Origin: Raillietiella orientalis | Taxonomy: Eukaryota | Assembly (NCBI GenBank): GCA_036172245.1 | Contig: JAYWIR010000014.1 | Span: forward strand, 3,100,001-3,164,000 | Direction of reading: 5' to 3' | Length of the DNA stretch: 64,000 nt | In this document: piece after piece, positions 38,201-49,919 of the stretch | Numbering within the stretch: the stretch's first letter is position 1 | How the letters are laid out: each line of letters opens with the position of its first letter | Made by a program: the position numbers and the translations under genes | The notes under the pieces: generated by a model | The model's input: only the letters and a program-made list of their open reading frames with translations | Database searches by the model: none | Told to the model about the DNA's origin: nothing

Positions 38201-39149
38201 GCCCCTCTTCGGTCGCGCTTGCCAAGAGTGCACTCGCGTTGACACGGTGGCTGCAGATAGAGGTGTGCCGTACGGAGTAGGAAGGGGAAGAGGGGGGGGG
38301 GGGAGAGGGGAAGGAGGAGCCGCTTGCACGATGCTCGCTCCTGCTTCCAGAGGCAGATCCGTTGCGATCTGCTGGAAATGAATATATCCTTCTTATAGGG
38401 GGTGGGAGGCTGGAAGAGGGTGCGAACGGCGCGCGCACGCTCGTGCCGCTTTCCGAGTGTCGCAGTGGCCCAGGAAACTCCGAATTCGTTGGTTACGGTG
38501 TATCTGCTGGAGATCAGGTTGTTAGCACTGTGTAGCTAAGCATGATAAATCACAGCCCCCAATGACGTTTTAATCATTAAGGGACAGGAGAGCCGCGCTG
38601 ATCTCATTCGTGGCAGGACTCCTTCCTTCCTTTCCCCTTCCCTTCCCTTCTTTTCCCCCTTTCTTGCTGGATGCTTCCAGCGAATTTCAGGAAGCGGAGC
38701 CGTCGACCTGTGGGAGGAGGGAAGCGACGACCTGCTTTTCGAGACGAACCAACGTCCGTGGGGAGGCTGCCTCGCTGATGCATCTTCCATCAGTGGCGAC
38801 CTTGGTGCCGGTCTACTTCCCACAGGAACGTTCCCTTTTCCCCTTCCGGTTCCGGCACCAGTCCGCTCAGATCGTCAGCCGGAGCAAGCAAAGGAGGGAA
38901 AGGATTCGATCGCCAGAAGGGAGGTGACCAGGACAAAAATCCCCCCCTCCCCCTTGCTCCTCCCTCCCCATGGAAGGGAATGCTGGTTTCAAGCTGGTGG
39001 CTTGGCTTCCCTCGCAACTGCCTTCCCGGTCCCGCAAGAGGGAAAGGGGAAGAAGAAACGCAGCCGAAGACCGGAGGCGCTCAACGCTCCCTGCACGCCC
39101 ACTGGGGACTATCTTGGAACGAGGAGAGCGTCATTGCTCCTCCCCAACA

Positions 39150-39820
39150 GATAGGATCAAAAAGAAAGTGCATGCTGGGGACTCACCTCCGCTCACGCGC
39201 TTCTGGAATGAGTCAGGGGCTTCGGCAGGTCTGGTCCTGCATTTCAGGAGCGCCGCAGCTGTGCTCCCACCCTCTTCATCCCGAGCCCTTTGACCTCCTC
39301 GAACCGACCTCCTGCCTCCTCTCTGCTCGCGTTCTTTCATGTGCAGGAGACGGGGAACTTCGGACTGGAGGAAGGGACGGCCGCCTTCCCAGGGAGCGTT
39401 CCACTCCCCTTTGCACTCTCGTAGGCTGCGGTGAAACACCGCGAAGTCTCAGGGCTGCCAGTAGTCAGACTGGCCTGAAACTGCTGGGTAGCAAATTTCA
39501 TTCCCCCATCCGTCCCTGTCCGACACGAGACCTCAGGGATGACTCTCGTCGCCGTGAGGCTGGTCGATCCCACCTCCTACTCATTTCTTCATCCGTGGGT
39601 CCTCCCTCGCCTTCCTCTACTCCCCTGCCGACTTTCATCCCCGGTGAGGTCTCGTCCCTTTCGTCTCGGTCCCTTACAGATGGAAATGTCGTTTCCTCAT
39701 TTCAAATGAATGACTCTGGAATCCTGCCGAAATGAGAACACCTTCCTAGAAGCGAGGAGATGGAACAGGTACTTGAGCACGGCTTGATAGGGATTGTGCA
39801 CCGTGGCTGGGAAGGGGCGA
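39150..39820 (-). mobile_element. Fossil RTE-like RT
   Basis: LKYLF, GRIPESFI*NE, ECKGEWNAP, QKRVSGGESPACTFF (KGVRQGDxxSPxLF). Confidence 0.5.
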
Positions 39821-41029
39821 GGGAGGACTGGGTTGTTCGTGGAAGAGAACAACCCTGTTCTCTGCCACGAGCAGGGGCGCACCTTCCGTGGATGAGAGCG
39901 CGCGCTCGAGGAGGAGGTGGACATGGCGCTGCCGCCGCCGATTGCTGGAGGTTCCTTTCCATGCGCCGAGTTCCCTGGATCCCTTCTTGCACTCTGCACC
40001 TCTTCGCGCGTGCGCGCGCTGCGGGAAGGAAAGAGGGGATGTTTCTCTCTCTCCCTCCTCTTCCTTCCCCCACCGCCGCCGCACGGGGCACTGGGTATCA
40101 CCTTGGCTGGGAAGGCTGGCGATGGTCGGGCAGGTGCTTTATGGAACACTCCGTGCGGCGAGACGACATGCCTACTCGTTCATTCAGGCCTCGTCGGGGA
40201 AGGAGGAAGGAAGGGCCGAGGGGGTCCCTGCTTACTTAACAGTTTCCTGGTTCCTTCCGCTTCCCCCAAAATGCGGAAGGGAACGAGTTTGTGTTTTGTC
40301 TTTTTCGTTGGGAGGCACATTTCTCTCTCCCTTGTGGCAACGCAGGCTTTCTGACGGGAACTTCCCCTCCTGCTACCTCGGTCTCCGTCTGTCCGCTTCT
40401 CTCTCTCGGGAGCGAGAGAGGGAAGAGGCGGAAGAACAGGGAAGCTTGGAAAGTCCCGAAGGAAACCGCATCTCTCTCTGAGGGAAGCCCGTTGTTCCGT
40501 TCTCTCTCCTACCAATTCTCCGAGAATCCGAAAGGAACGGACCGGATGATGACCTCTCCCGCCATCTTCCTCAAAGGTCGCCTCCCTAGGACAGCGGTCC
40601 GCTTTCTTGATTCTCCGGAGCTGGGCTCTTTCTTTCCTTCTCTAGGCGACGGATCTGAGGTAGCCGGTGAAGATGCGGTCAAGTTCCGTCCGCGGCCGCA
40701 GCGATTTCTGGCACGGGGGCCTGCAGCGGCACGCGCGAGGGTCCTTCTCCATCCGATCCCTCTGCGTGTGGAACGAAAATCCCACGAGGGCTGAACGGGA
40801 GTGAGCGGCGCTGAGGATCACACTGAACGGACGGAAGAGCCGCAAGAAGCGGAGCCGACCGGGCAGAGCGCCTTCGCAAGGGGCAAGCGTGCGTGAAGGT
40901 GCCATCTCTAAACCAGGCGTGCTACACTGGCTCCTGGAGCAAAGGCACCCCTCTTCCTTATTTGTGGGACTTTCCCTGATTGATGCGCGCGCGTCCTAGG
41001 GGTGGGAGAGCTCCTCGATAGACCTCTTT

Positions 41030-42220
41030 CATCCCAGAAGGAGCTGGGATGGGAGAGGAGCTCCATCTCTCCGAGAAGTGCTTCCCTTTCTGTCTGGGTT
41101 TCGACACGGGTCACAGGGACTCGGTCTCCCGAGTGGGCACCCTTCTGTTGCAGCAGATTTCCGCGGCAGTCTCTCCCTTCTCTCGGTCTCCCCTCTGCTT
41201 CCTGTCGCTCCCTCCCCGGATCCCTGGCCTCAGATGGCGCTTGCGACGGCATGCCCTCGATCGCGAGTGGTGGGCCGATCCGCAGGGGGGATGAACAGAT
41301 GGCGTAAGCGTGACGGCGCACTAACGTCCCGATCCGCCATCTTCTCTCGCTCCTGTCAAGGCGAGGTGCTCAATCAGGCAGGGGACACGCCACAGAGCTC
41401 TTCCCCGGAGCACCTTTCACGCCGCGTGTACCCTCTGCGATCCCGACTTCCGGCCTCGCGAGTTTTCCGGCCTCCGGATCCATCTTCAGCCTCCCTTCAT
41501 CTTTCGACAGGATGGCAGCCAGCAGGGAGGCGCTCACTCGCACTGGGGTTCCTTACACTTGGGCTCTTCTCGAAAATTATCTGGAATGTTCCTCTTCGTC
41601 AGTGCGACCCTTCTCCTTCCCAAATCCCCTGCGTTCAGAGAGAACGGGAAGGAATGGGAAGAGGAGGGGGAGAGAGTAAAGGGGAGAGTGCCCTTCCGAT
41701 GAATTTCTATTTTCCGGAATTTCTGATTTCTATATAATTTCTATTTACTGGAGACCCGCAAGGGCTGAAGGCTGAGGGTTCAATCTCCCATCCGTCGCTG
41801 CTGTTCTGCTGGTGCGATGGGGAGCGCACAGGATGTTCTCTGGAGAGGAGGGAAGCCTCACTACCGCGGAGAGTTCCCTCGAGTTCTACGGTTCCTCGAG
41901 CGGAGTATCGGCGGGATGCTGCCCTGCTTTCTTTCCGGAGTCCCTTCCACCTCCAGAACTCTTTCCTTTTCGAGAGTAGGAAACCGGGAAAGGAGAGGAG
42001 GAGGCTAGGGTCGGATCTTCTTCCTGAACGGTCTCTTCAGCGAGCAGAGTCCTCGCATGTGAAGGGCGTCCGGAAGGGACTCAGTGGGACGGCATCGATA
42101 CGAAAGACTCTCCCACAGGTCTTCCCAGAGAGACCCTGAGGCGATGGTGAATGACTTCACAGAAAAAAGCTCCCTTTCACCTCGATGTCCCCCGGGAACC
42201 ACAAGCAACGCACTGGAGTT
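41030..42220 (+). mobile_element. Fossil L2-like LINE C-terminal fragments (probably two)
   Basis: KELGWE; LSRRVYPLRSRL; HYRGEFPRVL; HRYE..TEKS..NAL. Confidence 0.35.
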
Positions 42221-42719
42221 CGTTCATTGCTTTCAGCAGCCCTCCTTTCCCCTCCTTCCTCCTCTCCTCTTCCCCTTGTATCTCCTCTGCTGGACTCATC
42301 TTCATTCCTCGGAGGAACGTGACCGAACAATCAGCCAGCAGCCAAAAGAAGGGAGGAAGAAGGGGAATAGAGAAGGAGAAGGAAGAAGGTAGAAAAGAGG
42401 GATCCTCGCATCCGTATCTGCGTTTTCGTTCTCTGGCGAAGGAAGCGAGTCGGGACCTACGAGGAGTCGCTTTCGGTCAGCTGGGACAAGAAGGCGCAGT
42501 CAGGTTCTCACCCTGTGTGTCTCGGGTGCCAGGAGGCATCCCGGGATGCGTCTCCTTGCGTCGCAAGCCGCCGCCACCCTCCAGCAGACGGACTGATGCT
42601 CCTTCCCTTTCCTCCTTCCCTCACTCTAAGGGTCCCAGAGGAGATGCCGAGTAGCTTCCTCCCCCCTCCCCTCCTATCTCCTCCTTTGTTCTCTCCCTGA
42701 CAGCGATAACAGGGAGTTC

Positions 42720-43500
42720 AAGGAGGGTCTCCAGGATAGTGACTATCGTGTCTGCGTCGAATTCTCTCGCTTAGTCCTCCTAGACCACGGAAAAATGCTG
42801 CAGACGCTATGACGCCTCAATCTTTTCCCCATTTTCCTCCCTTTTCACCTCCTCCGTTCGATCTTCACGTCTTCCAGCTCCTTCTCTGAGGTGGTCCGAC
42901 AAGGAAGGAAAACGGGATGCTCGGAGGTGCGTCTCCTCAAGGGACGCACCTCCTCTTCCCCACCAAGCACCGGGCTTCTTGCTCGATGCCTTCCTCTCCG
43001 CCCCTTCCTCTTTCCCCTCTTCCCGATCGGTGCATCGAGAGGCAGCCCCAGAGCGCGTGTTCGCCAGCCATGGTCCTCGATCGTCTCCACAGCCACGCGA
43101 CCTCCCCTCTCTCCCTTTTCCCTTTACTTCCCTGCTGCTCCCTCGCCCCTTCGGGATCCATCCTTCACGTAGCTCACTGCCAGCCTCGGCACGTGGCCCA
43201 CTTTCAATAAGGGAAGAGCACGCGCACGTGGGACGCTCCTCCGGCCGGCGACTGCGGAGGCGATCCTGAGGCCCGCGGCTTCCCCTCCCTCTTCCCCCTC
43301 CCCTCCCCTATCTCTCTTCTCCTTTGCTCCCTTCCTTCTCTCCCCACGCTCGAGAGAGACGGCCTCGGCGACGTGTGCGTGTGGATCCTCACGTGACACT
43401 TCTCGACGCCGGCCAGCGGCCGTTCCAGCGTTTCACGTGGCCGCTGAGGGAGATTCACGTGTTCCCTCGACGGCGATTACGGGCGCATCTTCGATGCGAC
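42720..43500 (+). mobile_element. Fossil L2/CR1-like RT
   Basis: VCVEFSRLVLLDHGKMLQTL (VFxDFxKAFDxVDHxxLLxKL), SEVRLLKG, VRVDPHVT. Confidence 0.45.
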
Positions 43501-43929
43501 GTGCGCGCCGGTCCATCCTTCTCGCCGGCTGAGTCAGCTCCGGAGAAATGGATCTGCTTGCTCGTCTCTCTCCCCTTCTCTTTCTCCCTGACGCGGGCGC
43601 AAGCGTCTTCTGGTGCGGATGGGGATAGGGTAGGAAGTTTGTCGCGGGAGAGAGGCTAAAAAGAGGCTCGGAAGAGCAGAAGCCCCCTCTCTCTGCTTCC
43701 ATTCCCAAGACTGAACGGCCCGGGGAGCCACATGGCAGCCGACCGTCGGGAGGAGGAAGCAAAGGGGAGAGAGATTTCCGTCATTCGTGGATGCGGGTCG
43801 GAAGAAAGGAGGGACCACCCTTATCTCTCGTGGAGGAGGGAGGGGTGGAGTCGTTCCCGAGAAAGGGGAGGGAAGATGGATCAGGTGCTCCGGACTGTCT
43901 GGACTCGGAAGAGCACAGGGAGCACTGCC

Positions 43930-44240
43930 TCCTCGAAGGCCATAAAAATGACTCCTGGGGTCTCTCTCGGTTGGCTTCCTTCACCTTTTCCATCCCTCAG
44001 GGAACGCTCCCGAGCGTTGGCCACGGCGTGCTCTGGTCATGCGCTCTCCGACACCTCCAGCCTGAGTGGCGGCATGCAACGCGAATCCGCCTCGGGCGGA
44101 GACGCTGTGCGGCAGCCTTTACGGGCCCGGCCGCAGCGACTGCTGCTGCTTGCGCTCGCCGGTGAGCAGAACCCTGTCCTCCGCCCAGCAACGGAGAGAA
44201 GGATAGTGGAAGGGGGGGCTGGGGAAGTTCTTGCAGAAGA
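43930..44240 (-). mobile_element. Fossil RTE-like RT catalytic region
   Basis: LRCWAEDRVLLTGERKQQQSL (LxYADDxVLLAxSxxxLQ), TLGSV..KEANR. Confidence 0.55.
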
Positions 44241-44409
44241 AGTCCCCTCTTCCCTGATCGAAGCCGAAGCCGAAGTGATGACTTCTCGTAGGTGTGGAGG
44301 GCGGAGGGCGCGGATTGCCCACCTTTCTTCTGTTCCTAATCCAGATGGAGAAAGCGGAAGTGCGGGGACGCGAAAGAGAGTGAGCCGCGGGGGCTCGAAG
44401 GGAAGGGGA

Positions 44410-45430
44410 CAGGGAATGCGTCGATGCCTGCTCATCGCCACCACAGGAGAGAGCAAGTGGTGGGATTCATTCATTGAAAGAGGGCGGCTGCCGCGTGCTG
44501 AACGCCTATTCACACGGGATGAGGTCGCTTGAACTCGAGGTCATCGTCATCCCGGAAGAAGGGGATGCGCTCAATAGGGGGATGCAGGGAGGCGGAAAAA
44601 GTTCCCGTTGGGAAGGACGGCTCATCTTCCCTACTCCTCATGAGCAGGATTCTTGATTCCTGCCTCCCTCCGCGTCTGGAGCATCTGAAAGGGCTCAAAA
44701 GGGTTCGATCGGAGCCCAGGCTGTCTCCTGTAGACTCCGCTTGCTTCTGGGGCGAGAGGCTCCCGTCCTTCATCTCGTGTTTCTCTCCGTTTCCTCCTCC
44801 CTCCTCCACGCTTCTGCTTCGCGGCAACTGCCACCTCGCGATTCCCGGAGGCAGGGAGAGGGACGGGGAGCGGCTAGAAAGGGCTTCCTCCTCCTCCTCG
44901 TCTCCCACCCAGAGCCCACCCGCATCACCAGCGGGGCGCGAGTGGACGCTTGCATCGCTCCCGTATCCTCCCCCTTCCTTTTCTCCGCCGTCACCCACAG
45001 ACCCTTTCCGCTCCCCTTCCCCTCATCCCCATCCTCGTCACTGGCAACTTCTTTCGGACCACTCGAAAGCGTCCTGCGGAAGGAAGGTGAAGAGCACTTG
45101 AGTGCGCGCATGGTCGCGGAGCGGCAGTCTTGGCGTTGTCGCGGGACGAGGATGGAGGTAGAAGACCACCACTGCTTGCCTCAAGGGCCGGGGATGCTGC
45201 CAGTGACCTGGCCGCCGGCGCGCTTGGTTCCGGTGTGCGGTTTCGGGCAGCCGGTCCGGCTTCCGGATAGTGAGAGAGTTTCTGTGATAGGCGTTCCGGA
45301 CGGGAAGAGGGAGTGGAGGAGTAAAGGTGGGAGAGAATACAGACGGGAGCGAACCTCAACGTCACCATTTTCTCTTCCCCTATATTCTTCCTCTGAGTAT
45401 GGATCTCAAGTCTTACTTTCCAAGCCACGC
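44410..45430 (+). mobile_element. Fossil LINE RT
   Basis: VIVIPEEGD, SLLLMSRIL..PRL, WQLL, CLPQGPGMLP, EYGSQVLL. Confidence 0.5.
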
Positions 45431-46089
45431 CTACTCTTCTCACCCCTTCGATTCCTCTTCCTGCCCGCCCACTCCGACTCCCTACAGCCGAAGAGTTTCG
45501 CACAGATTCTCAGGAAGCACGACGTCAGCAGACCAGGCGAAGGAAAACACCTCCGCCTAACCCACCTTCGCAACCTCTCGAACGGATGTCACTTTTCGCA
45601 CTCGCTCCCTTCTCTCCTTATCCCTTTCTGTTTCGCGTGCAAATTCTGCCAGCTGCGAGGAAGGAGGGGGAGGGGGCGTTCCAGAAAGGATTGACTCCTT
45701 GCCGCTCGGGATATTCTATCGGTTCTCTCAGGTTCTCCAGCCGGACTGTTTCGCTCCTGTCTTCTTCCAGAGAAGGGCCAAAGAAAACACACACACACGT
45801 TCCAAAAGCTGGAAGGAAGGGGGAGGGGGAGGAAGGAATAATTCGCCCATCTTTTAGCGATTCTGACGGACGAGGAAAAGAGTTGCTCCCTACGCACGGA
45901 GTCCTGAGGTCATTCAAACCCCCTTCCATTCTCGAAAAGTCTTTTTTCCCTTCTCCAGGCTCCCTGCACATCCAAGCCTCTTAATAAAACAAGCAAAGAA
46001 GCATAGAGTTTTTTTTTCGGCAGGAGCTCCTGCTTCTTCCCTTCCCTCCCGGCTCTCTTTGGGTTTTCCCTTTGTGGTGTTCGCTCCGT

Positions 46090-47280
46090 TCTTCTCCTCG
46101 TTCCTTTGCTTCTCTGAGGGTCCTCGGAGCTGCGACGGAGTTCCCTCAGTTGTCCATTTCGGGAAATCGGAGTCGTCTACCACCCTAGAGACACCCGTTC
46201 AGCATCTCTGCTGCACCCCAGGAGACGCATCTGCAGCGAATTTTTCTTCCGAGCATTTCGGTTAAACTGGGTCTTCGGTCCACCCTACTCGCCGAGCACG
46301 GATCGCCTGACCACCCGGCAGGCGGCGGCCGCGTTCCTGAGATGTCTGGGAGGATCTGAGCATTCTTCGTGGAAACCCGTCCTATCCTCCCCTCCGTGTA
46401 CACAAGGTGTGTGTACACTCGGTCCCTCGTTTCTTCCGTCGTGCACGCCCTTCGTCGGAAGCAGGAAGCGCGGCTTCCCGCGGTCTCTTAGGTCGCCAGG
46501 GAGGAGAAGGGCGGCGCTCTCTGACTTCCTCTGGAATGCGAGCAGCGTTGCCTGATCATAAATCTGCCAGGACCCGAAGCGGGCTCGTTGCTACCTGGGA
46601 AAGTCCCCTGGGGAGGGCAGAATCTCCTCTCCGTCGCGAGCGAGATTGGCGCGCTCCGCACGCGCGCGGGAGTCACGGAGGGCTCCAGAGAACGGGGTTT
46701 ACGGCAGGAGAGATGACTCCGGCGCGTCCAGAGGGAAGAATGAAGCACTGGAAGTGTTTCTCTAGTGGGCACATCAGCAAGAGAGCCAGAGGCATCCTGC
46801 TACGAGAGAGGTCGCATTGACGGGATGGTCACGTGGGCTCTTGTCGCTGCGTGCACATAAACACGCAACGCTTGTATCATTGGTAGAGCTCTCTGGGGAT
46901 AAAGCACGCCCAACCCTGATGTGTACAGACGATCGTGAAATACATAACGAGATTTCTTGTACAAATAGCCTGAGGGCTATGAGTGTAGCATGTGTTCTGA
47001 CTGTTTCTTTGCCCGGTTATGCCACTTGCATGCTCTCATGCAAGTGAAGGTGAACCACCGACATGGATTGTCTGTGAGAAGCGGCCATCACTAATTATCG
47101 GATCAGGGAATCACAGCTGTATGAAGAGAGCGGCATTTGTTCAAGAAATGCATCGATTGTTATAGAAGAATACCATTGTTGAAGAAGGAGAGTGTGATTG
47201 TTGTAGAACGAGAACACCACTGCTATATGAACACCACCGTATTAAAGAAGCGAATTTGCTGTAAGATGCCATGAGCAATG
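46090..47280 (-). mobile_element. Fossil RTE-like LINE, RT to C-terminus
   Basis: DAFLE..CDSLIR, LHESMQV (LHDGMxA), HQG/RALSP, LSCRK, TFPGS, IRQRCSHS, DDSDFPKWTTEG. Confidence 0.65.
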
Positions 47281-47537
47281 CAAGATGCAAGAACAGCAAG
47301 CGTCACTGATTATCGAGCTGCACCAACTCAGTCGAATGCACACCACGTGTTCCGAGTTTCGTGGCAGGCGGTACGCGGTGTTTCTGCAAGCTCGGGAGAT
47401 CTCGCAGTCCTACGAACGCTCCTTCTTCAAGCAAACACAAGAGAGCAGCCAGACAAAGGAGGAAAGAAAGAAAAGTACGCGTGCAAATGGACAGCGCACG
47501 TACACCTCGACACAAACGCGACCCAAAGCAGACTTTG

Positions 47538-47595
47538 GCAGAAGGTCGATACTCCCTCGCACCCAGGGCTGTGGCGGGAAAAAAGCAGGAAGGGC
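47538..47595 (+). repeat. 58-bp direct repeat, copy 1 (copy 2 at 50726-50783)
   Basis: 52/58 identical, ungapped, hand alignment. Confidence 0.9.
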
Positions 47596-48389
47596 TGAGG
47601 AGGACACTGTGAGGGACGTAAACTTCACACTCCTCCCCCGCTAGACTATCGAAAATGGGATAGAAAGAAAAACAAAAAAAAAAGAGGGGGGTGCGGGAGA
47701 GAAAGGGAGGGAAGGAAGAGAGACAGAAGAGGAAAAAAAAAGGGAGAGTTTATCCGCTTTTCGGCCTGACGAGCGCGCGGGATGCAGCTTCCCTCTCCCC
47801 ATTTCCCCCCCCCCCCGCCCCCGTATAATGAGATAGCGTATCTCCGCAACCTCCCAGCATCGGCTACTTTCCGAAGCGAGCATCGCTCCTACCCTCAATA
47901 GGAAAGAGATTATATCTCCGCGCCCATTTTACAAGTACGCCCTAAATGAGATGCGCAGGGATCTCTCCTCCTCCTTCCCTCTTGTAATTGACTTTCCCTT
48001 TGTGATATCGGATCATCTCTTATCCGCTCCTTTTGGAATCGATTATTCCTGTCCCCTTTGAAATTCCCACAAGCAGCAGAGGAATCTCCCCCACGTGTTA
48101 ATCTACCGGGTTTTCTGGCAAAAGTGGATTTTCCAGGAATGATATCTCCTCCGCCTAACGAGTGCGCCGGCGGAGGGGAGGAGGAGGAATAGGGGAGGGG
48201 AGCGGCGTGGCTGCTCCTCGACGTTCTCGAGACCGGCGTTGCCACCGTGCCAAGATAAAAATCAGCTGCCGCTAATGCGCAAGAGGAAGGAAGGAAGGGG
48301 AGGAGGAAGCCGCGCCGTCATCCGTTCCATTCCGGTCGGCCAAGGATGATTAACGGCTCGCAACTAATGGCTACCATGATCGATCACCA

Positions 48390-49350
48390 CGGCCGGGATC
48401 GGCTGTGTACCAGCAGCTTTGGAGCCGGTGACAAAAACCCGCCCAGAGCTCTCGCTCTCCTCTCGCTCTCTTGATGCGGCTCTCCGTCTTAGAGTAGGTG
48501 GCGCGCGAGTGCCAGTGCACCACCACCTCCGAGATCGGAGCTGCCGTACATCCTCCTTCTCTCAAGTCTGCTGCCCTCCCCCTTCCCCCTCAAAGCAGCG
48601 GCGCACAACGCTCTCATCCTGCATTGCGTTCTCCAGTCCACGAACGTCCTTCTCTCAAAGGGCACGGCGGGACGTGAGGAGGCATGAGCTCCTTGCGGGA
48701 CCTTCGCGCAGGCGGCGTCAAAAGCAGGCGCCCGTCAGCGAGAGACGACCGAATGAGAGCGCGACCTCTCTCGGGTGTGAAGAAATTGGAAGGGACGTAG
48801 GAGGAGAACGCGGAGAAGAACGAAGAGGAAGAAGAATGTTCTGCCACGAAGAAAGATGGCCCGCTCTGCCCCCTTCCTACGATTTCAGAACATTCTTCAT
48901 CCCTGGAGAGAGCCAATGGCGGAAGGGGAGGGGGATGAGGAGAATGGGCCTCCGGAAGACCGCCGACGGCAGGAGACGTGAGGTCGGCAAGAGGATCCTT
49001 CCGCGGACGGAGCGAAGGACTGAAGTGGATGCCAGCGAACCAATCCGGAACGTGGTGCCGCTCCAGAGGAGGCCTCACCGCGCCACTGCGGTGAAACTGC
49101 ATCGTTGGGAAGGAGCTCAGAAGAGAGCGAGGAAGAGCAAACGAAGACGGGAACCCAGGTAGCCCGGTGCTTCCAGTGACACAGAAAAGGCATTAGAAGA
49201 AAGGGCCCGGTAACGTCGTCGCCTGTGCTTTCTCCCCTCGGGCCAGCTCGGGATGCATGGCAACCACCGAGTGTGGGCTGCCTGCTTTCCGAAACTTGTT
49301 CCGGGAGACGAGGAGTGCCTCTGCGGCTTTTTTTCCCGAAAAGAAGAGAG
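48390..49350 (-). mobile_element. Fossil Ty3/Gypsy RT and RNase H
   Basis: EKKP, FSVSLEAPGY (FSxLDLxxGY), MQFHRSGAVRPPLER, NFFTP..IRSSL, SWTGE, HSRATYSKTESR..EREL. Confidence 0.65.
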
Positions 49351-49919
49351 AGCCAGGCGCACGTTCCCCCTCCCCGGGGAGAGAGGGAGGAAACGACGAC
49401 GGAGGTGTGTGATGCGAGTTGGCCTCACAGAAGTGCAACTCCGCGCGGCCAAAAGCTCCCCCCCTCCCCCCTTCCTTCCCTTTCTTTCCTTTTCATTTTT
49501 GTTTTTCTTTTTCCTTTTCTTTGGTGCGAGAGGTTCGCTGAGCCTCGGATGCCGAGAAAGCAGTGGAAGGGAGGATCCGGAACGCAGTTGCCACGTCTGG
49601 CGATCGGACCGAGACTAAAATCCTGCGCGGATGGAAGGCAGGAAGGAAGGAAGGAAGGAGGAGGAGGAGACCACGAAAAACGCGCGCATGCGCGCTGGCT
49701 CTCGGACGGAACTCGCGTGAACGCGACCGGCATGTCTCTAGGACGCGTAGGTCACGAGCGGGAAAAACCGCCCTCGGCGCTTCCCTTTCCCCCACCTGGA
49801 AGACGGCAGCCACCAGCCAACTTGTTTTTTCTCTTCACGATGCAAAACAAATTTAAGTTTTGTGGGAGACTACTGGAAGAGGAGGAGGAGGGATGCTGGC
49901 TGCAGCAGCGGCGGAGATA

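Noticed and set aside
42005..42208. Minus-strand L2 3' end (LVVP..SF..LW)
   Set aside because: The plus strand gives an equally good reading continuous with 41410 onward; shows that isolated by-eye motif matches can be false
47023..47046. 10-bp hairpin as a Helitron 3' end or terminator
   Set aside because: No nearby CTRR terminus or U-tract; lies inside RT-derived sequence
47130..47275. Cys-rich peptide resembling a viral zinc-binding protein
   Set aside because: Short and flanked by stops; it is the antisense of the RTE fossil
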